Source: an uncultured Verrucomicrobiae bacterium (GTDB taxonomy: Bacteria; Verrucomicrobiota; Verrucomicrobiia; Chthoniobacterales; Chthoniobacteraceae). Taken from it: DNA of 64,000 nucleotides. The position numbers and the translations under genes were made by a program. Each line of letters begins with the position of its first letter. Position 1 is the stretch's first letter. Location of the stretch: positions 64,001 through 128,000 of the forward strand of contig CAVYKI010000002.1 in the NCBI GenBank assembly GCA_963769025.1. The letters are read 5' to 3'. Below the pieces are notes generated by a model, which was given only the letters and a program-made list of their open reading frames with translations, was not told where the DNA came from and searched no databases. This document shows, piece by piece, positions 57,890-64,000 of the stretch.

Positions 57890-60237
57890 AAGATCCGGAG
57901 TTTCTCAAACGACTTCGCGAGGCATTTGCCATCGAGGCTGCCGAGCACGTGCAGGAGATCACGGCCGGGCTGATCGAGCTGGAAAAGGCATCGGATCCGG
58001 CGCGGAGGAAGGAGCTGGTCGAGACGATTTTCCGGGATGCCCACAGCCTCAAGGGCGCCGCCGGGGCGGTGGACCACACGCACATCCAGAGCGTGTGCCA
58101 GGCTCTGGAGAGCGTCTTTTCCTCGTGGAAGAAAAAATCGTGCGATGTCTCGGCAGACGGGTTCGACGTGCTGAATCGCGCGGTGGATTTCGTGGTGACG
58201 TTGCTCCGGGGATCGGAGCCGGGGGACCATTCGGCGGATGCGCATGCCGTGGCTGCGATGGTCGCGCAGATCGCCGCGGTCGGCAGCGGTGCGCCATCGG
58301 ACGCCGGGAAGCGGCCGACCGCAGCCGCCGTGCCCGTCGTCCCCGCGCAGCCAGCCGTCCCGCAGGGGAAAGAACGCAGCGCGAGCGGGGCGGGACCGGC
58401 CGCTGCCGCAGCTGCCACGCCGCCGGTCCCTGCGGGAGGGGAGGCCGCGTTGCCCGTGGAAATGCCGTCCCCGCACATTGCCGACACGGTGCGCATCCCG
58501 ATGGCGAAGATGGACGCATTGCTGCGGCAGGCGGAGGAAATGATCTCCGCGAAACTCGCCGCGCACCAGCATCTCATGGAACTGCGCGAGATCGGGGATC
58601 GGCTCGCGGAATGGCACAAGGAATGGGCGAAGGTCCGCGACCTCACCCGCGGCGACCTCGCGAGCCAGAGCGCGGCGTCGCAGAAAAAAGTGGGGGAATT
58701 CCTGCACTGGAACCAGGACCACATCCGCACGATGGAAAAGCAGCTCGCCGCGCTGGAACGAACCGCGGCGCACGACGAGCGCAGCGTCGCCGCGCTCGTG
58801 GACCGGCTCCTCGACGACGCCAAGCGGCTCGTGATGCTGCCCTTCGCCACGCTGCTCGATCTTTTCCCAAAGATGGTCCGCGACATCTCGCGGGATCTGG
58901 GCAAGCAGGTGGACCTCCTCGTGCACGGCCGCGAGGTCGAGATCGACAAGCGCATCCTCCAGGAAATGAAGGACCCGCTCATCCATCTCGTGCGCAATTC
59001 CATCGATCACGGAATCGAGACGGCCGCGATCCGGGCGACGCGCGGCAAGCCTCCGGTGGGCACCATCTCCATCGTCGTCGTCGCAGCGCGACGGCAGCAA
59101 GGTGGAGATCGTCGTGGCTGACGACGGAGGCGGGCATCCCGGTGGACAAGCTCAAGGCGACCGCGATCCGCGGCGGCTTGCTCTCCGAACCGGACGCGCG
59201 GGCGCTCGACGAGCAGGCCGCGTTCGCGCTGATTTACCAGTCCGGCCTTTCCACGAGCCCCATCGTCACGGAGATCTCCGGGCGCGGGCTCGGCATGGCG
59301 ATCGTGCGGGAGAAAGTGGAGAAGCTGGGCGGGAACATCACCATCGAGTCCAATCCTGCGAGGGGGACCACCTTCCGCATCCTGCTGCCCGTCACGCTCG
59401 CGACGTTCAAGGGCATCGTGGTTTCCGTCGGCGGGCAGTCGTTCGTCATCCCCACGGCGAGCGTGGAACGCATCGACCGCATCCGGCGCAGCGAAATCCA
59501 GACGGTGGAGAACAAGGAAACGATCCTGCTCGAGGGGCGCCCGTGTCTCTCGTGCGACTCGCCGCGGTGCTCGAGCTGCCGTTCCGCGAAGTCCGCGAGC
59601 CCGGCGGAATTCACCGAGGTGGTGGTGCTCGGCCTGGGGGACAAGCGCATCGCCTTCGCGGTGGATGCCATCCTCAACGAGCAGGAGGTCCTGGTGAAAT
59701 CGATCGGCAAACCGCTCGTGCGCGTCCGCAATGTCGCCGGGGCGACCGTCCTCGGCTCCGGCGCGCCGGCGGTCATCCTGAACACGGCCGATCTGCTCCA
59801 TTCCGCCGTGCATCTCGTCGCCGGCAGGCAGGCCGTCCGAGCCGGGAGATCAGGCCGGCGCCGGGGAAACCGCGGCCCGGAACATCCTCGTGACGGACGA
59901 CTCGGTCACCTCGCGCATGCTCTTGAAGAACATCCTCGAATCCGCCGGCTACACGGTGACGACGGCGGTCGATGGCGTGGACGCGCTGACGCTTTTGAAA
60001 ACGCACGACTTTGACCTTCTCGTCTCCGACGTGGAAATGCCGCGCATGGACGGATTCGATCTCACGGCGAAAATCCGCGCGGACAAGAGGCTCTCCGAGC
60101 TGCCGGTCGTGCTCGTCACCGCGCTCGGCTCGCCGGAGCACGTGGAGCGCGGGGTGGATGTCGGCGCGAACGCCTACGTCGTGAAGAGCAAGTTCGACCA
60201 GAGGAACCTGCTCGAAGTCATCCGCAAACTCATCTGA
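57886..60237 (+). CDS. cheA: CheA-receiver hybrid (WspE-like), several frameshifts
   Basis: Hpt IFRDAHSLKGAA, DPLIHLVRNSIDHGIE, EISGRGLGM, CheW domain, C-terminal receiver DLLVSDVEMPRMDG. Frame breaks near 59090-59130, 59550-59580 and 59840-59870. Confidence 0.9.
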
Positions 60238-60239
60238 CC

Positions 60240-61314
60240 ATGCCGGACCGCAAAATCAAAGTGCTCGTGGTGGACGACTCCGCGGTGAGCCGCGCGGCGC
60301 TCACGCACGAGCTGGAATCCGACCCGGCTTTCGAGGTGGTGGGCAGCGCGAACAGCGGGGCGCAGGCCATCGAGGCACTCGAGAGCCAGCATCCCGACGT
60401 CGTGACGATGGACATCCACATGCCCGGGATGGACGGCTTTGAAGCGACGCGGAAGATCATGGAGACGCAGCCGCTGCCGATCGTGATCGTCAGCGCGAGC
60501 TTCGACGCGAGCGATGTGGCGAGGACCTTTCTCGCCATGGAGGCCGGTGCCGTCGCGGCCGTTGAAAAGCCGCCCGGCTTCAATCACCCGGATCACGCGA
60601 CCTGCGCGCGCAGATTCCTGAACACCGTGAAGGCGATGTCCGAGGTCCGGGTCATCAAGCGCTGGGCGAAAAAGGAATCCACGGTGAGGCCGCCACCGCC
60701 CGCGGTGATTCTGCCGGCGAAGGGCAATGCCCGGCTGGTGGCCATCGGTGCATCCACGGGCGGACCGCCGGCGCTGCACAAGGTTCTCGCGGGTCTGGTG
60801 AAGCCCTTTCCCGTCCCGATCCTCATCGTGCAGCACATCACCGCGGGCTTCGTGCAGGGACTTGCCGACTGGCTCGGGTCCAGCTCGGGCCTGCCGGTGC
60901 GCATCGCCCGCCACGGTGAAATCGCCCAGCCGGGCACCGCCTACATCGCGCCGGATGGGACGCACATGGGAGTGGACAGGGAGTGCCGGATCGTGTGCGC
61001 GGATGGGCCCGCCGGAGCACGGGCTGCGGCCCTCGGTTTCCCACCTTTTCCGCTCGGTGGCCGGCAGCCATGGCGCGCAGGCGGTCGGCGTTTTGCTCAC
61101 CGGCATGGGGCGCGATGGCGCGGAGGAACTCAAGGCGATGCGCGACAAGGGCGCGGTGACCATCGCGCAGGACAAGGAGAGCTCCATCGTCCACGGCATG
61201 CCCGGCGAGGCCATCCGTCTCGGCGCTGCGATGCACGTCGCGGATCCCGACAATATTTCGCTCCTCCTCCGCTCGCTCGTCGGCGGGGAAACTGCTTCCA
61301 CTCGCACCTCATGA
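60240..61314 (+). CDS. cheB: CheB methylesterase (WspF-like), frameshift near 61010
   Basis: Receiver VLVVDDS...MDIHMPGMDG; GASTGGP, VQHI; C-terminus RPSV..LF.SVA, LLTGMGRDGA, AQDKESSIVHGMP in ORF 60862..61314. Confidence 0.92.
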
Positions 61315-62639
61315 CTCCTTCACCCGCAGTCGCGCCCGATTACTCGACCCTGAAGGGAGTGGAAATCCTCGTCGCCGAGGACAGCCCGACGCAGGCGATG
61401 AAGCTCCTCTACGTTCTCGAGCAGCAGGGCTGCCGCGCCACGCACGCGCAGAACGGCAGGAAAGCCCTCGCCTCGCTCGAAACGCACGTCCCGACGCTCG
61501 TCATCACCGACGTGAACATGCCGGAGATGGACGGCTTCGAGCTCTGCGAGCGGATCAAGAGCGACCCGAAGCTCAAGGACGTTCCCGTCATCCTCCTCAC
61601 TTCGCTCTCGGCGCCGCAGGACATCATCCGCGGGCTCGAGTGCGGTGCGGACAACTTTGTCGTGAAGCCGTATGAGGCGGATTTCCTCCTCTCGCGCCTG
61701 GTCACCGTGCTGGCGAACCGCAACCTCGGCCTGGCGGACGATGCGCGCGAGATTCCCATCCATTTTGCCGGCCAGCGTTACGTCATCACTTCCCGGCGGC
61801 GGCAGATTTTGAACCTGCTGCTCTCCACATACGAGACGGCGCTGAAGACGAACGATGCGCTGCTCAAGGCGCAGGAGGATCTCAAGACCGCGCAGCAGCA
61901 GTTGATCGAGGCCGAGAAAATCCAATCCGTCGGCCGGCTGGCCGCGGGCGTCGCGCACGAGGTGAAGAATCCGCTGGCGATCATCGAAATGGGCGTGGAC
62001 CTCCTCAGCGCGAAGCCCGACGCGGAGACCGTCGAGATGCTCGTCGGGGAGATGAAGGAATCCGTCAAACGCGCGAACCACGTCATCGCCGGGCTCATGG
62101 ATGTTTCATCGGCCGACGAGTCGGGAATGAAGGACGTCACCCTCGATTTCGTCATGGATCGCGTGCTGACCAATCTCGAACCGGCGATCACGCGCGCGAA
62201 GGTCGGGGTGTCGAAGGACTACGCCGGATCCCTCCCGATGTGCCGGGTCGATGTCACGAAGATCGAGCAGGTCTTCTCCAACGTCGTCACCAACGCACTG
62301 CAGGAAATGCCCGACGGGGGAAAGCTGGCCGTCAGCGTCTTGCCGAAGGTCCTCCGCGCGGAGGATGTGAACTTTGAGGCCGGGGACCGCAGCGGCTTCC
62401 GGTTCCGCGTCGGGGACACGGCGGTCATCGTGGAGGTGCGCGACACCGGCGGAGGAATCCTCCCGGAGAATCTCACCAAGGTCTTCGAGCCGTTCTTCAG
62501 CACGAGGCCGACTGGAAAGGGAATGGGCCTCGGCCTCACCGTCGCGCGGAAATTCATGGAGCTGCACGGCGGGCGGATCGCGCTGGCAAATGCACCGGAG
62601 GGCGGCACGGTGGTGACAATGATTTTCAAAACCTCATGA
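61311..62639 (+). CDS. Hybrid receiver-histidine kinase
   Basis: ATG 61311 overlaps the cheB stop; ILVAEDSPTQ, TDVNMPEMDG, AHEVKNPL, DTGGGI, FEPFFSTRPTGKGMGLGL. Confidence 0.92.
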   Translation: MTPSPAVAPDYSTLKGVEILVAEDSPTQAMKLLYVLEQQGCRATHAQNGRKALASLETHVPTLVITDVNMPEMDGFELCERIKSDPKLKDVPVILLTSLSAPQDIIRGLECGADNFVVKPYEADFLLSRLVTVLANRNLGLADDAREIPIHFAGQRYVITSRRRQILNLLLSTYETALKTNDALLKAQEDLKTAQQQLIEAEKIQSVGRLAAGVAHEVKNPLAIIEMGVDLLSAKPDAETVEMLVGEMKESVKRANHVIAGLMDVSSADESGMKDVTLDFVMDRVLTNLEPAITRAKVGVSKDYAGSLPMCRVDVTKIEQVFSNVVTNALQEMPDGGKLAVSVLPKVLRAEDVNFEAGDRSGFRFRVGDTAVIVEVRDTGGGILPENLTKVFEPFFSTRPTGKGMGLGLTVARKFMELHGGRIALANAPEGGTVVTMIFKTS

Positions 62640-64000
62640 ACGACACCCTCGCCACACCCAACGGTGAAGTGACCGTCCTCGTCGTCGAAGACAGCCTGAC
62701 CCAGGCGCTGAAGCTCCAGCACCTGCTCGAGCAGCATCAGCTCAAGGTGATCATCGCATCGAACGGCAAGGAGGCGCTTCTCAAGCTCGCCGCGAGCATT
62801 CCCACGCTCGTGGTCACGGACATCAACATGCCGGAGATGGACGGCTACGAGCTTTGCCAGCGCATCAAGCAGGATGCGCAGAGCAAGGAACTGCCGGTGA
62901 TTCTGCTCACCTCGCTCTCGGACCCGGAGGACATCCTCAAGGGCCTGGAGTGCGGCGCGGACAACTTCATCGTGAAACCGTACGACGAGGATTTCCTGCT
63001 CTCGCGGATCCGTCACGTCATGGAAAATCTCGAACTGCGCAAACAGGCGCGGCGGCGAGGAGCCGAGCGAGATTTTCTTTGCCGGCCGCAAGTACAAGCT
63101 CACCGCCGACCGGATTCACTCGATCGATCTCCTTCTCTCGACCTACGAGACCGCCGTTCACAAGAACCTCGAACTCACCCGGGCCAAGGAGAAGCTCGAA
63201 ATGCAGGCGGAACAGCTCCGGGAAACGAACGCGCAGATGACCGAGGAACTCGAGATGGCGCGCGACCTCCAGAACGCGTTCCTCCCGCTGGACTATCCCG
63301 CATTCCCGGCGGGTGCGGCGGAAGGGAAAAGCACGCATCCGTTTTTCCCACCGCTACCATGCCACGAAGGAGCTTGGCGGTGACTTCTTCGACATCCTGC
63401 AGCTCTCGGATACCGTGGCCGGGATCTTCATTTGCGACGTGATGGGACACGGCGTCCGCGCGGCGCTCGTCACCGCCATCGTGCGCGGTCTGGTCGAGGA
63501 ACTGCGCCCGAAGGCCGGGGACGCCGGGGCCTTCCTCACGGAGATCAATCGCGCCCTCTGCCGCATCCTCAAGCAGACGACGACACCGCTTTTTGCCTCG
63601 GCATTTTACGCGATCGCGGATGTGGAAAAGGGCGAGGTGCGTTTTGCCAATGCCGGGCATCCGCCTGCGTTTCATGTGCGCCGCACCGCCGCCGTCGTCG
63701 AGCTGCTCAAGCGGCACGACGTCAAGCCCAGTCCTGCGCTCGGCATCCTTGAAGATGCCACGTATCCCGCGGCCGCATGCCCGTTCGACCCGGGCGACAT
63801 GATCCTGCTTTTCACCGATGGCCTCTACGAAATCGAGAATGCCGCCGGGGACTACTTTGACCCGGAACTGCTGCGGGTGGCCGTCGAGCGACGGCTGGCA
63901 ACGCCGACCCCGCAACTGCTGGACGACCTGCTCGTCGAGTTGAAGGACTTCGGCGGGAAGGAAAGCTTCGAGGACGACATCTGCGTCGTCGGCGTCGATA
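62636..64000 (+). CDS. Receiver + SpoIIE/PP2C phosphatase (RsbU-like), frameshifted, runs off window end
   Basis: Receiver VLVVEDS; ELEMARDLQNAFLP, GGDFFD, ICDVMGHGVRAAL, ANAGHP, LFTDGLYE, DDICVV. Confidence 0.88.

Noticed and set aside
60240..62639. 799-aa CheB-receiver-histidine kinase fusion in the ORF track
   Set aside because: Artefact of a frameshift near 61010. The true CheB C-terminus is in another frame and stops at 61314, overlapping the kinase ATG at 61311.
1..64000. Genome-wide UGA reassignment (Trp or Gly) as the explanation for read-through
   Set aside because: Many genes end at TGA exactly where their families end, often in ATGA/GTGA overlaps. Read-through candidates are confined to redox motifs.
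1..64000. CRISPR arrays, transposases, integrases, rRNA
   Set aside because: None seen; no regularly spaced repeats or recognisable mobile-element proteins.

Overview
High-GC bacterial DNA, most likely PVC superphylum (Verrucomicrobiota or Planctomycetota, inferred from tandem DUF1501 and DUF1549/DUF1553 gene pairs). Many single-base frameshifts cluster near both ends and look like assembly errors. Layout: (1) 1-11.8 kb: two DUF1501/PSD1 pairs, an AraC regulator and a pectate lyase. (2) 11.9-15.5 kb: OsmC-like / acyl-CoA dehydrogenase / PhnD-like / MetE-like operon. (3) 15.6-32 kb: a selenocysteine island. It has the full selC-selA-selB plus selD machinery and five genes with an in-frame UGA followed by a SECIS-like hairpin. 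The ORF track splits, truncates or misses all five. They are a SelW/Rdx protein (CxxU), a secreted deiodinase-like protein (FGSYTUPPF), Sec-containing SelD (CAGU), and two secreted thioredoxin-fold proteins with a vicinal Cys-Sec motif whose context resembles eukaryotic selenoprotein N. (4) 32.4-47.4 kb: Wzx/Wzy-type exopolysaccharide locus. (5) 47.4-64 kb: Wsp-like chemosensory cluster with a YfiR-coupled chemoreceptor and histidine kinase / PP2C outputs instead of a diguanylate cyclase. The best candidate for an undescribed system is the set of exported selenoproteins, especially the two SelN-like CU proteins. All family calls come from motif recognition by eye, not database searches.
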